Below, one piece after another: positions 11,496-23,070 of a DNA stretch of 32,841 nt. Position numbers and translations under genes: made by a program. The notes below the pieces were generated by a model. The model was given only the letters and a program-made list of their open reading frames with translations. It had not been told where the DNA came from and searched no databases. Every line of letters begins with the position of its first letter. The stretch's first letter is position 1. The stretch spans positions 47,470,775 to 47,503,615 of the forward strand of contig NC_068991.1 in NCBI RefSeq assembly GCF_001194135.2, read 5' to 3'. The DNA comes from Octopus bimaculoides. Its lineage: Eukaryota.

Positions 11496-11751
11496 ATAAA
11501 GCTAAAAATAATCTATTAATCTATTATAGTATAACCAGCTGAAACTGCAAAGAAAATCTGGAATTCAACTGAGGAAAGAAAACTCCGAATGACCCGTCCT
11601 TGTTTTCTTTGTATCGTCTGTCTGGATGTTTTGTTGTCCCTTTTTGTATCACCTAACTGTCTGGATGTTTTGCGTTCTTGTCCCATTTTGTATTTTTTAT
11701 ATATAAAAACATATAGTGGCGTACGTACACTTTGGTCTCCTACATCTATAT

Positions 11752-11784
<33 letters not shown>

Positions 11785-11785
<1 letters not shown>

Positions 11786-11937
11786 CATCATCATCATCAT
11801 CATCATCGTTTAACGTCCGCTTTCCATGCTAGCATGGGTTGGACGATTTGACTGAGGACTGGTGAAACCGGATGGCAACACCAGGCTCCAATCTAATTTG
11901 GCAGAGTTTCTACAGCTGGATGCCCTTCCTAATGCCA
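11785..11937 (-). mobile_element. RTE-like 3' tail / SINE family 3, truncated by gap
   Basis: Near-identical reverse complement of 6340-6483. Confidence 0.8.
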
Positions 11938-12816
11938 NNNNNNNNNNNNNNNNNNNNNNNNNNNNNNNNNNNNNNNNNNNNNNNNNNNNNNNNNNNNNNN
12001 NNNNNNNNNNNNNNNNNNNNNNNNNNNNNNNNNNNNNNNNNNNNNNNNNNNNNNNNNNNNNNNNNNNNNNNNNNNNNNNNNNNNNNNNNNNNNNNNNNNN
12101 NNNNNNNNNNNNNNNNNNNNNNNNNNNNNNNNNNNNNNNNNNNNNNNNNNNNNNNNNNNNNNNNNNNNNNNNNNNNNNNNNNNNNNNNNNNNNNNNNNNN
12201 NNNNNNNNNNNNNNNNNNNNNNNNNNNNNNNNNNNNNNNNNNNNNNNNNNNNNNNNNNNNNNNNNNNNNNNNNNNNNNNNNNNNNNNNNNNNNNNNNNNN
12301 NNNNNNNNNNNNNNNNNNNNNNNNNNNNNNNNNNNNNNNNNNNNNNNNNNNNNNNNNNNNNNNNNNNNNNNNNNNNNNNNNNNNNNNNNNNNNNNNNNNN
12401 NNNNNNNNNNNNNNNNNNNNNNNNNNNNNNNNNNNNNNNNNNNNNNNNNNNNNNNNNNNNNNNNNNNNNNNNNNNNNNNNNNNNNNNNNNNNNNNNNNNN
12501 NNNNNNNNNNNNNNNNNNNNNNNNNNNNNNNNNNNNNNNNNNNNNNNNNNNNNNNNNNNNNNNNNNNNNNNNNNNNNNNNNNNNNNNNNNNNNNNNNNNN
12601 NNNNNNNNNNNNNNNNNNNNNNNNNNNNNNNNNNNNNNNNNNNNNNNNNNNNNNNNNNNNNNNNNNNNNNNNNNNNNNNNNNNNNNNNNNNNNNNNNNNN
12701 NNNNNNNNNNNNNNNNNNNNNNNNNNNNNNNNNNNNNNNNNNNNNNNNNNNNNNNNNNNNNNNNNNNNNNNNNNNNNNNNNNNNNNNNNNNNNNNNNNNN
12801 NNNNNNNNNNNNNNNN

Positions 12817-12836
<20 letters not shown>

Positions 12837-12849
<13 letters not shown>

Positions 12850-13007
12850 CGGGCTTCTTTCAGTTTCCGTCTACCAAATCCACTCACAAGGCTTTGGTTG
12901 GCCTGAGGCCATAGTAGAAGACACTTGCCCAAGGTGCCACGCAGTGGGACTGAACCCGATACCATGTGGTTGGTAAGCAAGCTACTTACCACACAGCCAC
13001 TCCTGCA
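12837..13007 (-). mobile_element. SINE family 1, 5' half
   Basis: Minus strand 'gcaggagtggctgtgtggtaagtagcttgcttacc..gggttcagtcccactgcgtggcacc'. Confidence 0.85.
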
Positions 13008-13395
13008 TACATACATATATACATTGGTTGTTTTGATTAATCTTCATTCAAAATGGACCAAGAAATAAAATGAGTAGTGAGACATCTGCATGTCATTGGG
13101 ATTTTAGTGACAAAAGCTTGCAGTCACAATAATAGGTGCCAGTGACAAGCATTGCAAGATAATTGGTACTACTTTGCAAATTATATGTCAGAGTATCTTT
13201 CTTCTACAAGAGCTGCACTCCTCATAACTTTGTCAAACATAATTGGAGCCTCCTCAACTGCTGGGAAATCTATTTAACTCATAGATGGGACCTTGACAAG
13301 TACTACCATCCTGGGTTAGAATGGACCTAAAGGGATAATTCCTCACAACTCTCGAACTAGAGCCTTGCCACTAGAAGCAGGTAATGTCATTCTCA

Positions 13396-13426
<31 letters not shown>

Positions 13427-13964
13427 NNNNNNNNNNNNNNNNNNNNNNNNNNNNNNNNNNNNNNNNNNNNNNNNNNNNNNNNNNNNNNNNNNNNNNNNNN
13501 NNNNNNNNNNNNNNNNNNNTGTTAATGTGCTAGAAGAAGATCACATGTAATGCATCTACTAACTTTGTATGTATTTGTGTAATTTTCATTTGTCTTGCCC
13601 ATATACGTTTCTGCTAAATTTTCTTTGAGAACAATTCGGTCTTAGTAGATGCATTACATGTGATCTTCTTCTAGCACATTAACAGTCCACCTAGTGGTCT
13701 CCTTTTTATATATACATATACAATAATCCTTTGAGATCTCAGATATTTTTTCTGAATCTCCTTGATTCTTTTAATGTGCTTGTTCCCTGGTATTAAATTG
13801 ATATTAATTAATATCCAATTTTTTACCCTACTGTTTTAATATAATCTTATATAGATAGTTAGGGTAAATCCCAACTGTTTCCTCTTGAAGAACATCTGCT
13901 TATTCCATTATCACAATCAATATGTATCCATAGTTAGTGTTGTTAATAAACCAAAGCACATTTA

Positions 13965-14119
13965 AAAATTGAGAATTATGGAAATATTATTTGCAGAATT
14001 GTTGAATAACAAAAACAGGAAGCACGTATAACAGAGAATAAATAATACCAAAAATTTTTCATTTTCCTGTTTTGTTGCTCAAAAACTCTGTAAATAACAT
14101 TTCCATAATTCTCAATTTT
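13965..14119. mobile_element. ~155-bp foldback/MITE-like inverted repeat
   Basis: Arms at 13965-14021 and 14064-14119; the outer 21 bp are a perfect inverted match. Confidence 0.65.
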
Positions 14120-14122
14120 GAT

Positions 14123-15518
14123 ATGTAAATATATATAAAAGTAGAAAAGAAAAGGTAAACAATCTGGCAAGGCTTGACAAGGACATTCAATTTAGCTATA
14201 TAATAAGAACATTTAATTTAGTTATATAATATAAGGTTTAGATAGTCTCTGGCAGCTGTTTCTAAGATATCCCAGCTATTGGAATATTGTTTCGAGTGGA
14301 GATTCCATATGCTGGGTATTCTGTCATTGGAGAGAGATAAGTTAAACATATAACACAGGTCTAAGTATGAAAAAAACTAACACTTTGGATTATCACTGAC
14401 ATCTAGCTTAGGCATACTACCTATTTGGTACTTCCACAGCAGTTCTACTTCCGACCCTCATATTTATTAGAATACCACTAGGTTTACTTGCTCACTGCTC
14501 TGAGCAAAATTAGGATTTACTGATTCCTACACAATCATTCCATCTTTCTATACTCTACTCTGTGATTAAATGTCCCTGCTCTTTCCATTTCATTATTTAT
14601 ATATATATATCTATATTTTCCCTTGATTAACTTTGGACTTGCTATTTTATATAATTTAATCCCTTTATTTTCAATAGGAATCATTAACACTACAGATATT
14701 GAAATCTTAAATTTAAATTTTAACTTTATTTTTATTTTTTGTATTTATAATATTAATTTTTAATCTTATTTTAAGTTTTAAATCTTAAATCTTTTGTTTG
14801 CTAGTACGGTATCTATTTCTAGCACTAATACAACTAAGCTAACCACAAGTCTCCCTTTCCATCAAGTAAAATTGATCACCTACTACATGGGAAGGCTATT
14901 ATCTTTTTACAACTGCTTTATTACCTCCACTACCCACCTCCCAATGCTACCCAACTTGTAGGTCTGACGTCAGCTTTATTTATCCCTTATCTATTTGTCT
15001 TTACACTCGCAACCCCTAGCCTTTCTGGACAAGAATATCCCTTGCTATACTGATTAGTATATATCTAATACAATACTCCTATCTGTCTATCTTCCTCCCA
15101 CTTGAGTGTACTATACTTATTCTTCCTTTCAGTATTTATCCAAGTTTGGAACTGCTACCATCCATTTTCCCTCGCCATAGATTACTATGAAACCATTCTC
15201 TCTGATCATGGATTTACCTAATGAATACCCGTTTTAACTGGATCTCATTGGATTTCTCATCCCCTTCTAGACATAATGAACTACAACAACTATCACAGAT
15301 GAGGACCTTTCTTCCACTGTTACATGTGTTTAACCTCCCTCTCTCCAATGATGGATTACTCTTCAGTGGAATCTTCCCTCAACACAATTCTCCAAGAGCT
15401 GGGATAACCTAGAAACAGCTGACAGAGATTATTTATACCTTTTATTATATAGCTAAATTAAATGTCCTTGTCAAGTCTTGGCAACTGTTGGCCTTTTCTT
15501 TTCAACTTTAATCTATAC
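14123..15518. repeat. Pair of ~200-230-bp diverged inverted repeats about 960 bp apart
   Basis: 14123-14355 aligns to the reverse complement of 15319-15518, e.g. 'cttgacaaggacatt(c/t)aatttagctatataata' and 'cagctgtttcta'. Confidence 0.75.
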
Positions 15519-15984
15519 CTACCAACTCAAGGGGAAGCCACTTCTAGCTGCTTTGGAAAGAACAGTCGCAAAATCACACTTTCAACTACAGTTCAAACCT
15601 GAATTTTAATGACATTTGAGCACTCAGAGCACATACCTATTCGTTTGAGTCACCCTGATGAAAACTCCTCGTATCTGTAGGAAAATGTGATTTGCACTTG
15701 CTGGGGGCGTCACAATTCCATACATAGTTCATGGAAGTAAAAAGTGAGGACAAGATCTCTCTGAACAAATAACAATGATAATTTATTTCGTCTGAATAAA
15801 CATCTCATCTCTGGACACCGGTAGCCGGGATGCCTTGGTGTGGGAGCAGCAGGGTTGATAAACAGCAAATCTCAAAATGGTTCCCAAGTCCAGGGTTCTG
15901 TGAAAAATCTAATGTTCCACAAGTTAAAGTGCATTTGTATAAAACTTTTAAAAAATATATTTTACAAACGAATTAGTATAGTTG

Positions 15985-16172
15985 CAGGCATGGCTGTGTG
16001 GTTGAGAGGCTTGCTTCCCAGCCATGTGGTTTGGGGTTCAGTCCCACTGTGAATCTCCTATAGTAGAATCTTCTACTATAGCTTTTGGCTAACCAAAGCC
16101 TGAGGTGTGGATTTGGCAGATGAAAACTGAAAGAAGCCTCTGTGTGTGTGTGTGTATGTGCGAGTGCGTGTG

Positions 16173-16205
<33 letters not shown>

Positions 16206-16400
16206 CTATCTGTCTGTCTGTCTATGTGTTTGTCTCCCATTATTGCTTGAAAACCAATGGTTTGCTTACATAAATTAGCATTTTGGCAAAATGACTGAAA
16301 GAACAAGTACCAGAGTTGATTTGTTCAACAAAACCCTTTAATGTGGGGCCCCAGTATGGTGTCAAATGACTGAAACAAGTTAAAAATAAAAGAAAAGATA
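15985..16400 (+). mobile_element. SINE family 1
   Basis: Colinear with the other family 1 copies. Confidence 0.8.
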
Positions 16401-16629
16401 AAGGATTCACCATAGAAAAAAATAATAAAAGTAATTATATATTATTGTTATTTTATAAATATATTCTTGTATAACATATTGAATTTCATTTAATGACTTG
16501 TTAAAATCAAGATGGTGATACCTGTAGGCAGTCATTTGATTTGTAAGGAACATTAGTAACATTTCACTCACATCAAACCCTACCGTCTCAAAAGAAAAAA
16601 AGTAAAGTAAATGTTCTACTGTTACTCAT

Positions 16630-16925
16630 GAGTGAATATAGCTTGGTAGCAGGTACCATGCTTTTGTCAATTGTTTTAGATATCTATGTAGTTGCAAACA
16701 GATATAGATGCCCCTAACACAGCAGAATATTCAGAATGTGAAAGTTGAGAGGGAGAGAGCATCTGGCTAGAACTCATTTCTCATTACAGCTGAATAAAGA
16801 GAAGCAATGTGAAACGAAATGCTTTGTTGCTTTGTTCAAAGGCAAATGTGTCACCCAGTCCAGAAATTGAACCTACATCCTTTATTATCATGGACCAAAT
16901 CCTTTAATTACTTGGCTGTACACCA
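16630..16925 (-). mobile_element. SINE family 2 (variant tail), degenerate
   Basis: Homologous to 1577-1860. Confidence 0.55.
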
Positions 16926-18035
16926 CACACTCTATAATCCTAAATATGCATTAGGATGAGATGGTTATGGTAGGAAAGCCTTTTTAGTGTGGGATTAGGG
17001 CTGGGAAATAGCTATTGATAAATAACAACATTTGGTGGACTGTGTGTTGCTTTCATATTGACCACACTAATATTCGTATTAGTTCTCATACAATTTCTGT
17101 AACCTCGTATATATTTGTATTTACAAAAATACAATAGTTAAATAAATACAACAGTATATAAAAGATATTGAATGGAATAAGTACAAGTTGTCACTGCATT
17201 ATATGTTAAATAGTAATACGAAGACAGCTTATGTTTATTGAGAACAAATTAAGTAGAAAGAAAAAGAGAATGACTTATCATGAAGCTGACATAGCTTGGA
17301 GTACTACCTCAGGTCATTATGTAAGGAGGTGTATAAGAGAGCGAGAGACCATCTGGAGCAGAACAACAAGGCTCCATGTGAACTTATAGATGGTTCTGGC
17401 GGGAGTTCAATCTACCAGCATTTTATTAGCTAGAATTTTTGACCAGACAGGAAGATCCTAATTCATTTTGTTATACACTAGCTGATCTGATTGGTTGAGC
17501 CATGTTCACAAAGGCAGTGTATGTCTTATTTAGAAATATACTTATGCTGAAGTTCTAAGCTAGAATTCTGAGTGAAGCGGTTTTAAAGTCTTGCTAAATC
17601 TTTAATCATACAACTGCTCCGTTAAGACTAACATTTTTTGAATGGCTTAGTTGGAAAAGGAAGGGCAGTACCCTTGACTCTTCTCGAAGCTCTGAGACTG
17701 GTATGAGAAAGAAAGGAAGTTAACTTCAAACCAGAGATTGGCCTAATGTTTGCAAGAAATTGGACTTCACTAGAGTTGTCCCAGATCCAGGCGGTGGTGT
17801 TAAACAGAGAAATGGATTAAGTTGGAGCTAAATGTCAACAAGAACATCATAAAGAACTTTATAACCTTATATTATAAAGGCTTTCTTGCATATGTATATC
17901 AAGGCCAAAGCCATTACATTCATTATGTTCAGAAGTCACAATTATTTAATCAACAGGAGTGCTAATGATAGCATAAACAATTGCAGACCTCATTTATTTT
18001 GCCGAGCTAGGCATTATCTTCCAAACACCATATTA

Positions 18036-18070
<35 letters not shown>

Positions 18071-18193
18071 GCTTTGTTTCTCAGTAGTTATGGAGGAGCA
18101 GCTGTTATAGTTTCAAATACAACAACCATTATTGTCTAGAAAATTAACTGGACATCTCCAAATGAATTATGGCTGTATAACCTTTATTTGAAG

Positions 18194-18234
<41 letters not shown>

Positions 18235-18235
18235 T

Positions 18236-18267
<32 letters not shown>

Positions 18268-18789
18268 CAGAATGTCCAAAGTACAGCTGACATGATCGCC
18301 TGTCTAATGATAACCGAGCATATTCAATTAGTGTCTCTTTCTGGATATAAATATCTGCAACGTCACTGTGTTTGTATACTCTGATGCACGCATGGCTGTG
18401 GAGTTAAGAAGTTTGATCCACAATCACAAGATTCCAGGCTCAATATCATAGCGTAATGCCTTGGATAAAGGCCTACTAACATATCCTTGGGTTGATCAAT
18501 ATTTTGAGAGTGGATTTTTATGGATGAAATCTATGTACTTATGAATGCATGAATGTGTGTGTGTATACACACACATACAGATATACATACAAACATAGAT
18601 ACACAGATAGATATAGACGTGGGATGAAGTGGTGAGAAAGGATCTACAGACATTGGGACTCAAAGTGGGGATGATAAGGGTTTGCTATGCTTGAAAAGAC
18701 ACGTCAAGCTAAGTAAAAGTATGGCTGCCATTGCATACTGGTTTGTCCCCTGCAACCCTCTCCAGCCGAGCATCCCTAATCTTTTGGGC

Positions 18790-18987
18790 TTGTAGGTGCT
18801 GGTGCCATGTAAAAAGCATCCAGTACACTCTGTAAAGTGGTTGGCGTTAGAAAAGGTATCTAACCGTAGAAACCATGCTAAAACAGACATGGACCCTGAA
18901 CAGCCCTTCAGCTGGTCAGCTCCTGACAAACTGTCCAACCCATTCCAGCATGGAAAACGGACATTAAATGATGATGATGATGATGAT
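18790..18987 (+). mobile_element. RTE-like 3' tail / SINE family 3
   Basis: Ends 'gtccaacccattccagcatggaaaacggacattaaatgatgatg'. Confidence 0.7.
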
Positions 18988-19033
18988 TTNNNNNNNNNNN
19001 NNNNNNNNNNNNNNNNNNNNNNNNNNNNNNNNN

Positions 19034-19065
<32 letters not shown>

Positions 19066-19444
19066 TAAATGTTCTGTTGCATTTCAAGATGGAAAAGAAA
19101 TAAATGCTTCTTTGGTCTTAATTGATATATTTAATCAAGATAATAGTTCCTTTTTATTATTGATAACACAATCTCATCTATTTGGGAAATTGTTGATCTG
19201 TCAGGTAAAAAATTCATATTTTGAAGCAAAGAAACACACAATATCATTTTTAACCCCTTTCAAATTAATAAACTATTTTCCCTCCAAATAATGTTGCAAT
19301 GATCTCAAAAGATGATAGTCAGATGGAGCAAGGTAAGGAGACTAAGGAGAGTGAAGCAAAACTTCCATATTTAGTTCCATAATCTTTGCCTGAGTAACTT
19401 CTATAGTATGTGGTCTTGCAATATTTAAAGCAATATCCCTTTAT

Positions 19445-19561
19445 TTACATTATTTACGCCATATGCCCACGGGCATATGGCGTAGTGGTTAAGAGCATGG
19501 GTTACTAACCTCAAGATTCCGAGTTTGATTCCAGGCAGTGACCTGAATAATGATGATGATG

Positions 19562-19597
<36 letters not shown>

Positions 19598-19768
19598 TCA
19601 AAAAATACCTTAGGAATGAGAACCCAGGTTCGAAATTTTCCCAAGACACCTGATGAAGGCTGGAGGGTATATCAGCCGAAATGTTGTGTTAACAACAAAC
19701 AAGATGAGGGCAAATATCCATCAAATGTAAATAATATACATAATTCCTTGTCTCTTAAATATAGAACT
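19445..19768 (+). mobile_element. tRNA-headed SINE-like element carrying a hammerhead ribozyme, with a 15-bp TSD
   Basis: Direct repeat gcaatatccctttat at 19430-19444 and 19769-19783; A box tggcgtagtgg at 19478-19488; B box gagtttgattcc at 19521-19532; (AAT)n tract; hammerhead at 19645-19690. Confidence 0.85.
19645..19690 (+). ncRNA. Minimal type I hammerhead ribozyme motif
   Basis: Stem I gacac/gtgtt; core CTGATGA at 19650-19656; stem II ggctg/cagcc; GAAA at 19678-19681; loop-less stem III a(t)gt, probably a decayed ACGT palindrome; GUU triplet. Confidence 0.75.
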
Positions 19769-20659
19769 GCAATATCCCTTTATGATTAACCAAAGATGGA
19801 TGCTTTTTCTGCAAAATTTTGTCAATACTTCTCTGCATTAACTATTTTATTCTGGTTTACCATTCCATGATAGACTACACCCATCATATCCTACCAAACA
19901 CAGAACATAACTTTTTTTTACCATAGTCCTGGTTTGGAGATGGATACTCCTTTTTATTGGGTGCTAGTCATTGTCGTTTTTCATTGGATATGATTAGAGA
20001 GAACCCACTTTTCATCACTTGTGATGATTCTACCCAGGAAAGGTTCCGTAGCAAGTTTACTCTTCAATAACATGCAGAAGGTAGCTTTTTGGTTCAGTTG
20101 AGAAGTAATCAGATGAATAGGGAGTCAATGATTAAGTTTAGACACTTGTCCTAGTTCATGAAAGTGTTTTATGAGCTAAATGAGACTTGAATCAAGCTGA
20201 TTTGCTAATTCTCATGTAGTTTGATTTGAATTTTTCTCAACTATGGTTTTCAGAAGCTCAATATTGACAGAACTTGGTTGTTCAGATTGAGGGGAATCTG
20301 CCAGAGAGAATTTTCCAGAGTGAAACTGACCAAGCCATCATTCAACTGTTCAGACACTTAAAACTGTATTTCCATGGACAGAACGAATATTTCTTGCCAC
20401 TTCTATTGCTAAAGAGCCCTTTTTGAATTCAAACAGCATGCAGTATCTGATATGGGTCTCATTAAAACCCATTTTAAAAGAGTAAAATCAATATGAATTT
20501 ATATCTATGAATTTATTTTGCAAAATTCCTGATGTGAAATCATGTGTTGAAGTAGATATTGTTATATTTCGGGATGGTTGTTTTTTTTTTAACTTGCCAA
20601 ATAAACACCCGCACTATATATTTGTTCTTCACTAGTTTGCTGGTTTCCCAGTTTCATGG

Positions 20660-20840
20660 AGGTATATATTCCCCACGTGGATGGGATACTGGTCCATCGC
20701 AAGATTACTCATTTGCCAGCTGAGTGAACTGGAGCAATGTGAAATGAAGTGTTTTGCTCAAGAACCCAATATGTTGCCTGGTCCAGGAATCAAAATGGCA
20801 ATCTTATGATCATGAGTCAATCACCCTAACCACTAAGCCA
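20660..20840 (-). mobile_element. SINE family 2, 5' part
   Basis: Minus strand 'tggcttagtggttagggtg..gattcctggacc..cttgagcaaaacac..ttgctccagttcactcagctgg'. Confidence 0.7.
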
Positions 20841-21384
20841 AACACTTCTACAAGTTACAGGGAGGTGTATATAAGTGAATTGGAACCAAGAATTGGATAG
20901 GATGAGTGGGTGGATGAGTTTGTAAGATTGCAAAAAGAGAGTGGGAGATGGAGGTGATGGAATGTAGTGAGTGGATACAAATAGAGTGGGGGGATGTTTG
21001 GAGGATATATTTTAGGGAAGAGATTCAACAGGGACACATTCTGTGGGTTCATGAGGGTGTGAAGAGTGAGTGGGAGATAGAGATAGAGGGAAGTTGTTAG
21101 GATTATGGGTCGTTGGGGAGAGATTGGATTTGGACAGGGACAAATTGTGTGCAAGGGAATGGATGTAAACAAGATGCCTTTATGGTCTCAATTTTACTCA
21201 GCTGATCATCTCTTTTTAAGCATTTAAGCACAGCAAATCACTAAGCAACTTGATCCTTTGCTGTCTCCTCTATGAGACAACATATGAAGATCATTTTTCA
21301 CCACTTCTGCTTCCACAGAGAGATCAGTGTCTTCCACATTTAGAAATCAGTGCTTCTTCATGTAGCTGTTTCCATCTATATGTA

Positions 21385-22628
21385 CTGGGTCATCCCATAA
21401 ACAATATGGTTTTTTCAATTGCACGAACTAAAAGTTGGAGTGGGGAAGGGATAAACTACCTGCATCAACTTGCTAGAAAAGCAGGTAGTAATTTACTTTG
21501 TCCTTATTCTTAGGGCAAGTTTTGAAGAGTACAGTTCGATTTTAACAGTTATTTTTTCAAAGCTATAATGGACGTGACAAAGGAGTGTATTCAGCATATT
21601 TTGCTTTATGAGTTCAATAAAGCAATAATGCAACACAAAGTGTGAGGAATATTAATGCAGTATATGGAGATTGGACAATAAGTGTAAGCCAGTGTCAACG
21701 GTGGTTCCAGAAATTCTGAGTCAGAAACTACAGCCTAGAAGACGAGTCTCATCTTGGGAGATCTGTAGAGGTCGATGAGAACATCCTACAAACCCTGGTG
21801 GAACAAAATCCCATTGTAACTGTTGAAGAGAAGCTTAGATTTTGTCATCTAACCATTCATCAACACCAGCATGCCATCAGAAAAGTCAGCAAATTGGGTC
21901 AATGGGTTCCCCACAAACTTTCCAATTGCACATAGAGAGTGAGTGTGTGCTCTTCTTTGCTGTCATGTCTCATGAATGAAACTTTTTTGGACTGAGTAGT
22001 GACTGGTGATGAGAAATGGGTTCTCTACAAAAATGTCAAGTACCGAAGACAGTAGGGAGGGAAAGAAGAAACACTGGCACTCCATGTAAGGTGTTGTTTT
22101 CTGTTTGGTGAGATATGAAAGATTTAGTCCACTTTGAACTTTTAAACCCATACCAAACAATAACAAAGGAAATCTACTGCGAACAGCTTGAGCAGCTTAA
22201 GTCAGCACCAGAAGAAAAATAAACATTTTTGGTTTTAAGACAAAAGGTGTTCTTCCATCAGGATAATGCTTGGCCACATACAGTGAGGATGACATTCCAA
22301 AGACTGGAGTAGTTTGAATGGGAAACGATACCCCACCCACCATATTTGCTGGACATTGCCCCATCTGATTATCATTTATTCTGCAGTCTTCAAAATCATT
22401 TGAACGGAAAAAATATGAATCCTGTAAACAAGGTCAGAACAGTACTGGAGGAGTATTTTTCACCACAGACAAGTGAATTTTGTAAGAGGGGCCTTGTAAG
22501 TCTACCAGATAGATAGAAGAGCATTGTAGAAAATGAAGGAGAGTATATTTTAGATTAAAGAAGAACTTTGTTTATCTTAATTTTGAAAAGAAGTATTAAA
22601 AAACTGCATTATTTATGGGATGACCCAA
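21385..22628 (+). mobile_element. Full-length degenerate mariner element (~1.24 kb), TA-flanked
   Basis: TIRs (c/t)tgggtcatcccataaa.aat at both ends; TA at 21383-21384 and 22629-22630. Confidence 0.95.
21568..22558 (+). pseudogene. Mariner DD34D transposase with stops and frameshifts
   Basis: MDVTKECIQHILLYEFNK..WVPHKL..VVTGDEKWVLY..FHQDNAWPHT..PPYLLDIAPSDYHLF. Confidence 0.92.
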
Positions 22629-22671
22629 TATCATCGTAATCTGCAAAAAAGAAAAAAATATTAAAATTTAA

Positions 22672-22875
22672 CCTTTTAGCATTCAGATTACTCTGTCAAA
22701 TGTAATGCTTATTTATTCACATAATTTGAATTAAACATGCATTATCTCATAGCTTCAAGATTTCAATGATGTGATTGTATATTTTTAGAATGACATTGTA
22801 GGGTAGGTGTGAGAGGCGAAGTCTGGCCAATTTGAATACAAAACAAGTAAAATATTTGGGCTAGATATGGCTGGT
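22672..22875. mobile_element. TTAA-flanked MITE (piggyBac-like ends), copy 1
   Basis: Starts ttaa|ccttttagcattc; colinear with 23581-23787. Confidence 0.7.
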
Positions 22876-22879
22876 TTAA

Positions 22880-23070
22880 CTCTTTTGTTACCGTATTTAT
22901 TTTGAGATGCTCTGTGTTTCTTTCAATTAATTCAAAATATAACAAAGAGTTTAATAAAATAACTTAGTTATCATTAAGCTGGTGTCAGGAACATAAATTG
23001 TGACTAAGGTTCGGCGAAAGATTTTAATTCAAAACTTATGAAAACAAGACATTTGTACTACAGAGCAGAG
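22880..23070. mobile_element. Second TTAA-flanked MITE inserted at the end of copy 1
   Basis: ttaa|ctct.....agag|ttaa boundaries. Confidence 0.5.

Larger units (their letters stand above)
19140..20480 (-). pseudogene. Degenerate mariner (Tc1/mariner DD34D) transposase, interrupted at 19445-19768
   Basis: Minus-strand reading with stops: HIRYCMLFEFKKG..ITSDEKWVL..KKVMFCVW..KHPSLVNHKGIL|..ARPHT..SPYLAPSDYHLLRSLQH. Confidence 0.85.

Noticed and set aside
11862-13016. Long 325-368 aa ORFs (also 8381-8725 and 25483-25891)
   Set aside because: They consist mostly of N gaps.
15650-15700. ctgatga motif after the inverted arm (also ccgacga near 7898)
   Set aside because: No convincing stem II/GAAA/stem III arrangement.
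19471-19545. tRNA gene
   Set aside because: Only the A/B boxes and a partial cloverleaf are present, with no acceptor stem; it is a SINE head.
20855-21172. 105-aa Pro/Leu/His-rich ORF
   Set aside because: A compositionally biased G-rich stretch, probably a LINE relic; no motif could be confirmed.
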